NCBI GenBank assembly: GCA_040508335.1 | Contig: JBEVMZ010000011.1 | Location: 1 to 54,535, forward strand | Reading direction: 5' to 3' | DNA: 54,535 nt | Source of the DNA: Sphingobium sp. | Lineage (GTDB): Bacteria; Pseudomonadota; Alphaproteobacteria; Sphingomonadales; Sphingomonadaceae | Shown: one piece after another, positions 10,540 to 20,242 of the stretch | How positions within the stretch are numbered: the stretch's first letter is position 1 | Layout of the letters: every line of letters begins with the position of its first letter | Program-made: the position numbers and the translations under genes | The notes under the pieces: model-generated | The model's database searches: none | What the model was told of the DNA's origin: nothing | What the model saw: the letters and a program-made list of their open reading frames with translations, nothing else

Positions 10540-11324
10540 TGGCTGACGCGCTCGTCACGCTGGGCGTCGAAGACGGCCTCGCCACCATCACGCTGACCCG
10601 GCCCGAGGCCGGCAATGCCATGAGCTGGGACTTCATCGCCGCGTTCACCGACACGACGCAAAAGATCGCAGACGATGCGTCGGTACGCGCCGTGCTGATC
10701 GAGGCGCAGGGCAAGAATTTCTGCGTCGGCGGCGATATCCGCGCATTTGCGACCGAAGCCGATCCGTCGGGTTTCATCCGCGCGCTGGCGACCCGCCTGC
10801 ATGAAGGCGTGCTGCGCCTCGCCAATCTTCCGGCGCCGGTCGTGATCGCCGTTCAGGGTGCTGCGGCGGGCGCGGGCCTCAGCCTCGTGGCCGGGGGAGA
10901 CGTCGTGATCGGTGGGCGCTCGTCGAGCTATTCCATGGCCTATACCGGCATCGGCCTCACCGCAGACGGCGGCGCGACCTGGCTTCTGCCCCGCCTGATC
11001 GGTCTGCGCCGGACGCAGGAACTGGCCTATCTCGGCCGTCGCCTTAACGCCGAGGAGGCTGAGCGCTATGGTCTTCTCACGCGCGTCGTCGAGGATGACG
11101 CGCTGGTCGAGGAAGCCCGCACGGTCGCCCGCAAGCTCGCATCCGGTCCCACCCATGCTTATGGGCAGGTCAAGCGCCTGCTCGCCGAAGCGGACCTCGC
11201 TCCGCTCGGTCGTCAGCTCGAAAGCGAGGCCGACGCCATCGGCGTCGCGATGGCGACCGGCGACGCCCAGGGGGCGATACAGTCCTTTCTGGCGCGGCAG
11301 GCTCCGAGCTTCACGGGTCGCTGA
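10539..11324 (+). CDS. Enoyl-CoA hydratase/isomerase (crotonase)
   Basis: TLTRPEAGNA, FCVGGDI, GAAAGAG, IGLTADGG; canonical C-terminal helices. Confidence 0.9.
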   Translation: MADALVTLGVEDGLATITLTRPEAGNAMSWDFIAAFTDTTQKIADDASVRAVLIEAQGKNFCVGGDIRAFATEADPSGFIRALATRLHEGVLRLANLPAPVVIAVQGAAAGAGLSLVAGGDVVIGGRSSSYSMAYTGIGLTADGGATWLLPRLIGLRRTQELAYLGRRLNAEEAERYGLLTRVVEDDALVEEARTVARKLASGPTHAYGQVKRLLAEADLAPLGRQLESEADAIGVAMATGDAQGAIQSFLARQAPSFTGR

Positions 11325-11327
11325 ACC

Positions 11328-11411
11328 ACGAGCACGCCCCGTCCGTTCCGCATCGCCGTATCGGACGAGGCGACCGCCGATCTTGCCCGGCGGATCGACA
11401 CCGCGCGCTGA
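11328..11411 (+). pseudogene. Relic: N-terminus of a microsomal-type epoxide hydrolase (EHN domain)
   Basis: (ACG)STPRPFRIAVSDEATADLARRIDTAR* matches the EHN pattern PF.I.V....L.DL..RL...RWP. ACG sits where ATG is expected and TGA where Trp (TGG) is expected. Confidence 0.72.
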
Positions 11412-11496
11412 TCGCCGGGCACCCGATCCGCAATTGAAAAGGATTGGACGCGCCGACCGGGGGGCGGCTGCTGTCGCGCATGGAAGAAGGTGATGG

Positions 11497-12279
11497 ATGA
11501 GCTACGAAGATATCCGGCTGGAGGAAAATGAGGGCATCGCGGTACTGACGATGAACCGGCCCAAGCTACTCAATGCCCTGTCGCAGCACTCGCTTAAGGA
11601 AATGATGCATGCGCTCGATCGCGTGCGCGACGAAGGGCTCGCGCGGGTGCTCGTGCTGACCGGGGAAGGGCGGGCCTTCTGTTCGGGCGCCGACCTGACG
11701 GCGGGGGAGAGTCATCGCCCGATCGATATGGGCGCGGGTCTGGAAGCGGGCTTCAATCCGGTGCTGGAGCGGCTTCGCCGCCTGCCGGTGCCGCTCGTCA
11801 CCGCGGTCAACGGGTTGGCCGCGGGGGGCGGGTGCGGCTATGCCTTGGCCGGCGATATCGTCGTCGCGGCGCGATCCGCCTATTTCCTGCAACCTTTCGC
11901 CAATATCGGACTCGTGCCCGATGTCGGCGCGACCTGGCTGCTGCCGCGCCTGATCGGCAAGGCACGTGCGACCGCGATGATGATGCTGGGCGACCGGGTA
12001 ATGGCGGAACAGGCGTTGGAATGGGGCATGATCTATCAGGTCGCGGACGACGACCAATTGGCCGAGGTCGCGATGGCCATCGCCCGTCGCCTCGCCGCCG
12101 GGCCGACCGTCGCCTACGGCCTGATGCGCCAGGGAATCGCCGATAGTCTCGAAATGCCGCTCAGCCAGTCGCTGGCGCTGGAGCGCGACAACCAGCGGGT
12201 GGCGGGGCGCACAGCCGATCATGCCGAGGGTGTCGCCGCCTTTCTCGAGAAGCGAAAGCCCGCCTTTACCGGACGTTGA
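11497..12279 (+). CDS. Enoyl-CoA hydratase/isomerase (PaaG-like)
   Basis: MNRPKLLNAL, GRAFCSGADL, IGLVPDVG, EGVAAFLEKRKPAFTGR. Confidence 0.92.
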   Translation: MSYEDIRLEENEGIAVLTMNRPKLLNALSQHSLKEMMHALDRVRDEGLARVLVLTGEGRAFCSGADLTAGESHRPIDMGAGLEAGFNPVLERLRRLPVPLVTAVNGLAAGGGCGYALAGDIVVAARSAYFLQPFANIGLVPDVGATWLLPRLIGKARATAMMMLGDRVMAEQALEWGMIYQVADDDQLAEVAMAIARRLAAGPTVAYGLMRQGIADSLEMPLSQSLALERDNQRVAGRTADHAEGVAAFLEKRKPAFTGR

Positions 12280-12339
12280 CGCCAAGGCGGAGCGGAAAAG
12301 GCAGCGGCAACGAGTTGATTCCGCCGCCACCGACACCGT

Positions 12340-13278
12340 TCAGAGCGCCGCGAGCCGGCTGAGCGCCGCACGATATTCGCGGCTCAGCCGAGCGACCAAT
12401 TCGGCGGCGGGCACGACCTTGTCGATCGATCCGATGCCCTGACCGCAGCCCCAAATGTCGCGCCATGCCTTTTTGCCGTCGGACAGTTCGGCGAAGTTCA
12501 TCTTCGACGGGTCTGACGTGGGCAGGTTCGCAGGGTCGAGGCCCGCCGCGACGATGCTGGGCCGCAGATAATTGCCGTGCACGCCGGTGAACAGGTTGGA
12601 ATAGACGATGTCGTCGGCGACGCTATCGGCGATCATCTGCTTATATTCGTCGACCGCCGCCGCTTCCTCGGTCGCGATGAAGGCGGATCCGATATAGGCC
12701 AGGTCGGCGCCGAGCGCGCGCGCCGCCGCGATGCTGTTGCCGTTGGCGATCGCGCCCGACAGCGCCAGCGGCCCGTCGAACCAGCTGCGTATTTCCTGGA
12801 TCAGTGCGAAGGGCGACAATGTGCCGGCATGGCCGCCCGCGCCCGAAGCGACGGCGATTAGGCCGTCCGCGCCCTTTTCGATCGCCTTCTTGGCGAACTG
12901 GTTGTCGATCACGTCATGCAGGACGATGCCGCCATAGCTGTGAATCGCATCGTTGATGTCCTGACGCGCGCCGAGCGACGTGATGATGACCGGCACCTTA
13001 TATTTGACGCAAAGGGCGACATCCTCGTCCAGGCGCGCATTGGTTTTGTGGACGATCAGATTGACGGCGAAGGGTGCGTCCTTGTCCGTCAGTTCGGCGT
13101 TCAGCCGGATCAGCCATTCCTCGAACACGCCGGAGGGCCGCGCGTTGAGCGACGGAAACGACCCAACGACCCCGGCCCGGCACTGCGCGATCACCAGATC
13201 GGGCTGCGAAATGATGAACAGCGGCGAAGCGATCGCGGGGACCGAAAGCCTGTTTTCGAATATTTTGGGCAGGGTCAT
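12340..13278 (-). CDS. Nitronate monooxygenase / FabK family FMN enzyme (second subfamily)
   Basis: ASPLFIIS, PFAVNLIVH, GAGGHAG, AYIGSAFIAT, WGCGQG. Confidence 0.9.
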   Translation of the reverse strand: MTLPKIFENRLSVPAIASPLFIISQPDLVIAQCRAGVVGSFPSLNARPSGVFEEWLIRLNAELTDKDAPFAVNLIVHKTNARLDEDVALCVKYKVPVIITSLGARQDINDAIHSYGGIVLHDVIDNQFAKKAIEKGADGLIAVASGAGGHAGTLSPFALIQEIRSWFDGPLALSGAIANGNSIAAARALGADLAYIGSAFIATEEAAAVDEYKQMIADSVADDIVYSNLFTGVHGNYLRPSIVAAGLDPANLPTSDPSKMNFAELSDGKKAWRDIWGCGQGIGSIDKVVPAAELVARLSREYRAALSRLAAL

Positions 13279-13306
13279 CAGGGTCTTTCCACTTACGATT
13301 GAAAGG

Positions 13307-14095
13307 TCATTCGACGGTCCCGCGCCCGCCAGAGACGGGGATCGTGATCCCCGTCAACCAGGCGCCCGCGCGCGACGAAAGATAGATGACGGCGCCGGCG
13401 ATATCGTCCACGCCGCCGGTACGGCCGCCGAGCGGCGAGGCGACCTCGTCCAGATCGTCCGGATTGTCGAGATCGACCACGGAGGCGGTCATTTTGGAGG
13501 GGAAAAAGCCGGGCGCGATCGTATTGACGCTGATATGGTCCTTCGCCAGGAACTTGCCCATGTGCCGGCCCATATGGATGATGCCGGATTTTGTGGCCGA
13601 ATAGGGATAGCTTTCCCATTCGGGGAGCTTGAAGCCGTCGATGGACGCGATGTTGATGATGCGCGCGGGGTCTGCCGCCGTGCCCGCCCGGCGCAGCGCC
13701 GGCAGCAGCGCCTTGATCATTTCGAACGGCGCCAGCAGATTGAGCTTGAGCACCTTGTCGAAGCCGGAACGGGGGAACTCGTCGATCGGCGCGCCCCAGG
13801 TGGCGCCGGCATTGTTGACCAATATGTGCAGCGGCCCGGCGGCATTCACCGCTTCAGCGACCTTGGCGATCCCTTCCTCGCTGCTCAGATCCGCCGCGAT
13901 GGCGGTGACTTCGCCGCCCGCTTCGCGTAGCCGCTGCGCTGCCGCTTCGATATCGGCGGGCTTGCGCGAACAGATGAACAGTTTGCAGCCGGCCTCGACC
14001 AGCCCTTGGGCGATCATATAGCCGATGCCGCCCGATCCGCCGGTAACCAAAGCGGTTTTTCCCGTGACGTCGAAAAGGCTGCTGATGTCGTTCAT
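13307..14095 (-). CDS. SDR oxidoreductase (RhlG-like)
   Basis: TGGSGGIG, NNAGATWG, YSATK. Start trimmed to MNDISS, which follows an AGGAG RBS. Confidence 0.9.
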   Translation of the reverse strand: MNDISSLFDVTGKTALVTGGSGGIGYMIAQGLVEAGCKLFICSRKPADIEAAAQRLREAGGEVTAIAADLSSEEGIAKVAEAVNAAGPLHILVNNAGATWGAPIDEFPRSGFDKVLKLNLLAPFEMIKALLPALRRAGTAADPARIINIASIDGFKLPEWESYPYSATKSGIIHMGRHMGKFLAKDHISVNTIAPGFFPSKMTASVVDLDNPDDLDEVASPLGGRTGGVDDIAGAVIYLSSRAGAWLTGITIPVSGGRGTVE

Positions 14096-14238
14096 GTCTC
14101 TCTCCTGTCCCCTGCCCGTGTCGGCGGGCTTTCTTTTTCTTGGAATGCCGCAATGCCTTCGATCAAGTTGGGGAGAGCGTCTGGTTTCGATCCTCCATCG
14201 CGACCGCTGCTCCAGTCCCTGCGCGTCGATCGGACGGT

Positions 14239-14318
14239 TCAGCGCGTCCAATTGTCGGCGAAGAGGCGGCGGACGCTATCGCGCAGTTCCTTCTGTTCTT
14301 TCGAAAAATCGACTGCAT
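14239..14318 (-). pseudogene. Relic: N-terminus of an acyl-CoA dehydrogenase
   Basis: GAGG RBS, ATG CAG, a 1-nt frameshift, then DFSKEQKELRDSVRRLFADNWTR*, the typical ACAD opening helix M.FDF.EEQ..LRDSVRR. Confidence 0.7.
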
Positions 14319-14347
14319 CGCTCTGATCCTCGCTTTGCCGCCCGATC

Positions 14348-15145
14348 TTAACGCTGGGTCACATGGTTGAAGCTGTTGGTCGATCCTCCGGTCAGGCCCG
14401 ATCCGCCGTCACATTCGATGATGGCGCCGGTGATGTAGCGGGCAGCGTTGGTCGACAGGAATATGGAGAGGTTGGCGATGTCGCGCTTCTCACCATAAAT
14501 GCCCATCGGGATGGTGCGCTTATAGGCCTCCTCCGCTTCAGCTGTAGGGGTGAGACGGCGCATGCCTTCGGTGTCGGCGATCGGGCCGGGGGCGATGCCG
14601 TTGACGCGAATGCCCTCTGGTCCCCATTCAAGCGCCAGGCACTTGGTCACCATGTTGACGCCGGCCTTGGCAGCGCAGGCATGAACCTGGTTCATCATGG
14701 GCTGCGTGGCCTGGCCAGCGGTGATCGCGATCAGCGACGCGCCGGGCTTGCGGATATAGGGGTAGCTGGCGCGGAACACGTTGAAGGTGCCGAGCAGGTC
14801 GATATCCACCACGGTCTTGAAACCGTTGGCCGACAGTTCCTTGGCCGGGGCAACAAAATTGCCCGCCGCGCCGGACAGTATGATGTCGATCTCGCCCCAT
14901 TTGTCGCGTGTCGCGGAAAGCATCTGATCTACCGCTGCAAAATCGCGCACGTCGGCGGCAAAGCCGATGGCGTCGAATCCCTGATTGCGCAGACTCTGCG
15001 CGGCTGATTCGATCTTTTCGGGCGAGCGGCTGATGAGTGCCACCTTCGCGCCAGCCTGTGCGAAACCGAGCGCGACACCAAGATTGATCCCACTCGATCC
15101 GCCCGCGATGAACGCGACCTTGCCCGCTAACAGACCTTCAGACAT
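14348..15145 (-). CDS. SDR, 2,4-dienoyl-CoA reductase-like
   Basis: AGGSSGIN, GAAGNF, SANGFKTVVDIDLLGTFN, HACAAKAG (His in place of the catalytic Tyr), PGPIADTEG. Confidence 0.88.
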   Translation of the reverse strand: MSEGLLAGKVAFIAGGSSGINLGVALGFAQAGAKVALISRSPEKIESAAQSLRNQGFDAIGFAADVRDFAAVDQMLSATRDKWGEIDIILSGAAGNFVAPAKELSANGFKTVVDIDLLGTFNVFRASYPYIRKPGASLIAITAGQATQPMMNQVHACAAKAGVNMVTKCLALEWGPEGIRVNGIAPGPIADTEGMRRLTPTAEAEEAYKRTIPMGIYGEKRDIANLSIFLSTNAARYITGAIIECDGGSGLTGGSTNSFNHVTQR

Positions 15146-15174
15146 TGCCGACTTCCTCCGCTATCGGAATCCAA

Positions 15175-15197
15175 CATAGATAACGCCGTTATCTATG
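15175..15197. promoter_or_regulatory. Perfect 10-bp inverted repeat, candidate TetR operator
   Basis: CATAGATAAC-GCC-GTTATCTATG, 30 nt upstream of the SDR start at 15145; AT-rich, so unlike a terminator. Confidence 0.6.
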
Positions 15198-15333
15198 CAA
15201 GTGCCATTCAGCCGAACCGGCAAATCCGCTTAATCGAACATGCTTCTCTTCAGGGCCTTCCGGGACTGCCTGGCCCAGGTATATTATCCCGGCTCGGTCA
15301 AAATAGGCGCCGGTGTCGCGCGCCGTAGATAGC

Positions 15334-16059
15334 TCAGGGCCGCGTGGCGAGCTGGTCGATCTTCTGCTCGATCGCCGCCAGCCGGGCATCGGTCGAGGAT
15401 GGCGCAGCGCGAGGGGCGAGCACTGGCAGCACGAAATAACGCAGGCGACAGCGCAGACTCTGTTCGTCCCACGCGCGCGCACTCGCCAGCGCGATCATCT
15501 GGTCGGTGCTCCATTCGATAAGGTCGGCGACTGTGATGCCGGCCTGCGCCGCCTCCGGCGGCATCAGCATTTCCAGCACGGGACCGATCGTGTCGCTCGC
15601 CCCTTCGGCATGCGCCGCCTTGATCAGGCGGGCGCTGGCTGCCGAGATGCCGGCGATGGTATGGTCCAGCCATCCCACGCGCTGCATTTCGATGATCGCA
15701 TGGGTCAGCACCGTCTCCAGCCGTTCCTCGGGCGTGCCGGGCCCCATAAGCACCTGCCGCGACCAGGCCCGGAACGGGCGCGCCCGCTCGCGCAGCAGCG
15801 CCCTGAAGAGATTTTCGCGGTTGCCGAAGCGCCGGTAGAGGGTAGTACGCGATACCGCCGCTTCGGTCGCTACCTCCTCCAGCGAAATATTGTCGAAACC
15901 CTTGCGCCGCACGCATTGCGCCGCGGCGTCGAGTACGGGGTCGCCGACCGGTCGGGCGCCGGTAGGGGGCGGGGCGGTGGCGAAGGGCTCGGCATCCGAA
16001 ACAGCATCCGGTCTGGTCCGGGGCAGCATGTCGGTGACGATAGTGACGGCTCTTGTCAT
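15334..16059 (-). CDS. TetR/AcrR family transcriptional regulator
   Basis: VLDAAAQCVRRKGFDNISLEEVATEAAVSRTTLYRRF HTH; ATGA overlap with the ligase stop. Confidence 0.9.
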   Translation of the reverse strand: MTRAVTIVTDMLPRTRPDAVSDAEPFATAPPPTGARPVGDPVLDAAAQCVRRKGFDNISLEEVATEAAVSRTTLYRRFGNRENLFRALLRERARPFRAWSRQVLMGPGTPEERLETVLTHAIIEMQRVGWLDHTIAGISAASARLIKAAHAEGASDTIGPVLEMLMPPEAAQAGITVADLIEWSTDQMIALASARAWDEQSLRCRLRYFVLPVLAPRAAPSSTDARLAAIEQKIDQLATRP

Positions 16060-17618
16060 TGTGGCACGCATTCCCCTTGCCGCTCCTGCGCCGCGAGCGC
16101 GCGTTCGCGCAGAACGTTCTTCAAAACCTTGCCCGCCGCCGACAGCGGCAGCGCGTCGGCCAGTTCGTAGCTGCGCGGAACCTTATACCCCGCGATGGTT
16201 GTGCGGCAATGATCGGACAGTGACTGAAGATCGGGCGCAGTGCCCGCGTGCGGGACAATGACGGCATGAACCCGCTCGCCCCACCGTTCGTCGGGGATGG
16301 CGATCACCGCCGCCTGGCCGACCTGCGGATGGGTGGAAAGGGCGCTTTCGACCTCCGCCGAATAGATATTCTCACCGCCACTGATGATCATGTCCTTCAG
16401 CCGGTCGACTACCGTGACATAGCCTGCCGGGCACATGCGGCCCATGTCGCCGGTGTGCATCCAGCCGTTGCGCAACGCTTCGGCGGTCGCGTCCGGCCGG
16501 TTCCAGTAGCCCAACATGACATTGGGGCCGCGCACGACGATCTCGCCGATTTCGCCGCGCGGCACCTCCTCGTCCTGCATGTCGACGATCCGCACCTCGC
16601 AGATGGTGCTGGCTCGGCCCGCCGACCGCAGGCGGCCATCGCTCCGTGCGTCGGGACCATGGTCTTCCGGACCCAGCACGGTGGCGACCGGCGACAGCTC
16701 GGTCATGCCATAGGCCTGCTGGAAAGCAGCGTTGGGGAAGGCCGCGATCGCGCGGTCGAGCAAGGCGCCGTCGATCGACGACGCGCCGTAACGGATGCGC
16801 GTCACATTCGTCATGTCAAACGCGCCGAAGCGCGGATGGTCGATCAGCATCCGGATCATGGTCGGGACCATGAACAGTTCGGTGACGCCCTCGCCGTCGA
16901 TCGCCTCCATCACCGCAACGGGTTCGAAGGCGGGCAGGAAGCGGCTATGGCTGCCCGAATAGAGCGCGATGAACAGGCCCGACAGCGCCCCGATGTGAAA
17001 AAGCGGGGCGGTATGGAGATAATGGGCGCTCGCCGGGCCGGTGCGCGCGATAGTGCCCAGCATCGAGGCGGACAGGCTGTTGTGGCTCAGCATCACGCCC
17101 TTGGGCGTACCCGTGGTGCCCCCAGTGTAGAGGATGGCGGCCAGTGCGTCGCCGCGGCGCAGCGTATCTTCGACCGGCTCGGCGCCGGCGAGCCATATTT
17201 CATAATCCAGCGCATCATCGTCCGAACCGCCGCCGATCGTCAGCACATGACGCAGACCCGGCGCATGCTCGCGGATGGCGGGAACGAGGGCAGAGAAAGC
17301 GGCGTCGACGATCAGAATATGGGTGCCGCAATCTTCTAGAGAAAAACCGATTTCGGCCGGCGTCCAGCGCAGATTGACCGGGTTGACGACGCCCCCGGCC
17401 CAAAGCGTGCCGAGCAGGTAGGTCAGGAAATCCGTGCCATTGGGCGCCAGCATGGCGACGCGGTCGCCAGGCTCTATGCCGCTCGCGCGCAAAGCGCCGG
17501 CAAGCCGTGCCACCCGGTCGCGCAGGCCGGCCCAGTCGATCGCGCCTTTGGCATCGGTCGCGGCCGGAGCATCCGGCGCTTGCTGTACCATCCGATGCAG
17601 GCACTGGGTCAGATACAT
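16056..17618 (-). CDS. Long-chain acyl-CoA ligase (AMP-binding)
   Basis: YTGGTTGTPKG, YGMTE, HTGD, DRLKDMIISGGEN, LPLSAAGKVLK. Confidence 0.95.
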   Translation of the reverse strand: MYLTQCLHRMVQQAPDAPAATDAKGAIDWAGLRDRVARLAGALRASGIEPGDRVAMLAPNGTDFLTYLLGTLWAGGVVNPVNLRWTPAEIGFSLEDCGTHILIVDAAFSALVPAIREHAPGLRHVLTIGGGSDDDALDYEIWLAGAEPVEDTLRRGDALAAILYTGGTTGTPKGVMLSHNSLSASMLGTIARTGPASAHYLHTAPLFHIGALSGLFIALYSGSHSRFLPAFEPVAVMEAIDGEGVTELFMVPTMIRMLIDHPRFGAFDMTNVTRIRYGASSIDGALLDRAIAAFPNAAFQQAYGMTELSPVATVLGPEDHGPDARSDGRLRSAGRASTICEVRIVDMQDEEVPRGEIGEIVVRGPNVMLGYWNRPDATAEALRNGWMHTGDMGRMCPAGYVTVVDRLKDMIISGGENIYSAEVESALSTHPQVGQAAVIAIPDERWGERVHAVIVPHAGTAPDLQSLSDHCRTTIAGYKVPRSYELADALPLSAAGKVLKNVLRERALAAQERQGECVPQ

Positions 17619-17662
17619 CGCTTTTCCTCCCTCCCTTCGGCCCGGTCCAGCGGTCGCGCCAG

Positions 17663-17761
17663 CTATGACGCGGCCGATAGCCGATCAGCGCCTGCGCCCT
17701 TGAGCGCACACACCGCCATCCGCCCTATCTTGCAGGCGGCTCCGGTTACCAGCACGCGCAT
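17663..17761 (-). pseudogene. Relic: N-terminal Rossmann motif of an NAD(P)-dependent epimerase/NmrA-like protein
   Basis: Manual translation MRVLVTGAACKIGRMAVCALKGAGADRLSAAS* (TGxxGxxG with one Gly replaced by Cys); ATG lies 5 nt after the AKR stop. Confidence 0.68.
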
Positions 17762-17766
17762 TGCGA

Positions 17767-18792
17767 TTACCCTTCGCCCAACACGGAAACGCGGCCTTTG
17801 AAGCGGCCCATGGTGGTCAGCCCGACAACGGGATGCGGAACATAGGGCGCCTCAAGAGCCGCGATCTCCTCGTCGGAGAGGACAAGGTCGAGGGCAGCGA
17901 CTGCGTCGTCCAGATGGTGGGGCTTGGACGCGCCGATGATGGGCGCTGTAATGCCGGGCTTCTGAAGCAACCAGGCGAGCGCCACCTGTGCGCGGGGCAC
18001 GCCGCGCGCCGCCGCCACCTGCGCCACGGCCTGCGCGACCGCGCGGTCCTGCGCATCGGTCTTTCCGAACAGCGTCTTGCCGAAAGCGTCGGTTTCCGAC
18101 CGGTCGGTGGTCGCGTCCCAGTCGCGCGTCAGCTTGCCACGCGCGAGCGGGCTCCACGGGATGACGGCGACGTCCTGGTCGATGCAAAGTGGGATCATCT
18201 CGCGCTCTTCCTCGCGGTAGATGAGATTGACTTCGGGCTGCATCGAAACGAAGCGGGTCCAGCCGTTGCGCTCGGCGACATGCTGCGCCTTGGCGAACTG
18301 CCAGGCCCACATGGACGACGCGCCTATATAGAGCGCCTTGCCCGCCTTCACGATATCGTGCAGCGCCTCCATCGTTTCCTCGATCGGGGTCTCATCGTCC
18401 CAGCGGTGGATCTGATAGAGGTCGATATAGTCGGTACCCAGGCGCTTGAGGCTCTGGTCGACGGCGGCAAACAGCGCCTTGCGCGAAAGACCCATCGTGT
18501 TGGGCGCGTTGCGCCAGCCGCCATGCGCCTTGGTTGCGAGGACGATCTCGTCACGGCGGGCAAAGTCGTTGAGGGCGCGACCGGTAATCTCTTCGGAACT
18601 GCCGCCCGAATAGACATTGGCCGTGTCGAAGAAATTGATCCCCGCCTCCAGCGCGCGGCGGAAATAGGGGCGGCTTTCCGCCTCGGTCAGCGCCCAGGCA
18701 TGACCCCCGCGTGCCGGGTCGCCATAAGTCATGCAGCCCAGACAAAGACGCGAGACCTTAAGGCCAGTGGAGCCGAGATTGACGTAGTGCAT
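17767..18792 (-). CDS. Aldo/keto reductase
   Basis: LCLGCM, FDTANVY, LATK, DLYQIH, PWSPLARG; start trimmed to MHYVNLG. Confidence 0.93.
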   Translation of the reverse strand: MHYVNLGSTGLKVSRLCLGCMTYGDPARGGHAWALTEAESRPYFRRALEAGINFFDTANVYSGGSSEEITGRALNDFARRDEIVLATKAHGGWRNAPNTMGLSRKALFAAVDQSLKRLGTDYIDLYQIHRWDDETPIEETMEALHDIVKAGKALYIGASSMWAWQFAKAQHVAERNGWTRFVSMQPEVNLIYREEEREMIPLCIDQDVAVIPWSPLARGKLTRDWDATTDRSETDAFGKTLFGKTDAQDRAVAQAVAQVAAARGVPRAQVALAWLLQKPGITAPIIGASKPHHLDDAVAALDLVLSDEEIAALEAPYVPHPVVGLTTMGRFKGRVSVLGEG

Positions 18793-18854
18793 GAATATCC
18801 TTTGCCGGACGACCGATGTTTCCCCGGCAGATTGCACGCGCATAGTCGTCGTGG

Positions 18855-19904
18855 CTAGTCCCGAAGCGACGCTTCCGCCGGATCGTCCGCCATTTGATGC
18901 ACCTGCTGGCCAAAATTACGGCCCGCAGTCAGCGAATTGACGGCCGCGTGCAGCTGATCCAGCCCCTTGGTGACGGTCGAGCAGGGGCGAAGCTGGCCGG
19001 AGCTCACGAGGGCCGCCGCGCCGCGTTCGAAAACCGGCAACTGGTCGAGATGGTCGCTCGAAATATAGCCGCGCATCGTCAGCCGCTTGTTAACGACCGG
19101 CATCAGGTTCGGGCCTTCCTCCGCGCCGCTGCCGTCATATTGTGCCACCTGGCCGCACATCACCACCCGGCCAAACAGGTTCATGGACGATAGCGCCAGC
19201 CGCTGGATCGCGCCGCCGACATTCTCGAAATAGACGTCGACCCCGTCGGGGCATTCCCGAGCCAGCGCGTCGGCGAGGCCGTTCGAACGATAGTCGGGAC
19301 AGGCGTCGAAGCCGAACCGCTCCACGACCGCCGCGCACTTCTCCAGCCCGCCGGCGATCCTGACGACGCGCGCGCCGACGGCCTTGGCCAATTGTCCCGC
19401 GACCGATCCGACCGCACCTGCGGCCGCCGAGACGAGCATCGTCTCCCCCGGTCGGGGTTGGCCGATCATGAAGACGCCGAGCCAGGCGGTGAAGCCGGTC
19501 ATGCCAAGCGCGCCGATATGGGCATGAAGCGGCCCGTGCGCCGGATCGACGATCCTTACTGCGACGCCGCGATCAGGCGCGATGGTCAGATATTTCTGTC
19601 GCGTTACCGACATCGCGCGGACATAGGCGTCCGCCGGAAAGCCCGGATGCCGGCTTTCCACCACCCTGCCTACAACGGCGGAGGTATAGACGCGGTTTCC
19701 GGGCCGCAGCATCATCGGGTAGTTGGAGGCAGGGTCGAGCATCCCGCGCGCACCTGCATCGATCGTGGCGTAAATCGTCTCCAGCCGAATTTCGCCATTG
19801 CCGAGCGGCTTGAGCGGCTCGCGCCGATATTCATACACGTCCGGTGCCAGCGGCCCTGGGGGCGGCATGCGCGCGACGCGCACGACGATATCTTCATCCA
19901 TCAT
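18855..19904 (-). CDS. NADP-dependent oxidoreductase (MDR, CurA/prostaglandin reductase-like)
   Basis: LGMTGFTAW, SAAAGAVGS, CPDGVDVYFENVGG, CGQVAQY; start uncertain (19904 or 19901). Confidence 0.88.
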   Translation of the reverse strand: MMDEDIVVRVARMPPPGPLAPDVYEYRREPLKPLGNGEIRLETIYATIDAGARGMLDPASNYPMMLRPGNRVYTSAVVGRVVESRHPGFPADAYVRAMSVTRQKYLTIAPDRGVAVRIVDPAHGPLHAHIGALGMTGFTAWLGVFMIGQPRPGETMLVSAAAGAVGSVAGQLAKAVGARVVRIAGGLEKCAAVVERFGFDACPDYRSNGLADALARECPDGVDVYFENVGGAIQRLALSSMNLFGRVVMCGQVAQYDGSGAEEGPNLMPVVNKRLTMRGYISSDHLDQLPVFERGAAALVSSGQLRPCSTVTKGLDQLHAAVNSLTAGRNFGQQVHQMADDPAEASLRD

Positions 19905-20242
19905 ATCGCTAACATCGCGCGTCTGCACGATGAAGGAAAGAGCGGGGAACTGCTCTTGCGCCTTACGTATAGGACAGCAGCCGCCAGCTTCTCTTCGCTC
20001 AGCGGAAGATCGAGCGCGCCGGTCGCATCGCGCTCTTCGAAGCGTCCATAGGCGCGCGATATAGACAACGGAGGCATAGGTGCCGACCAAAGGATCGAGC
20101 GTCGCCGGCATGTCGGCCAATTCTGTCACCGCGATCGCAGATCGTTGCTGAAACGATCAGCCGATGCTCCGCGTGCCCAGCGCTTGACGGCATGACCGGC
20201 GAATTGCAGTGCAGGGAGAAGAACAAAAGAGAGGCGCGCGGA

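Noticed and set aside
15189-15333. Minus-strand AYFDRAGIIYLG...HVRL, faintly like an XRE-regulator C-terminus
   Set aside because: Too short and divergent to support by eye.
20020-20165. Minus-strand hydrophobic stretch (VTELADMPATLDPLVGTYASVVYIARLW), a possible transporter C-terminal relic
   Set aside because: No diagnostic motif. It does argue against extending the MDR gene to 20129.
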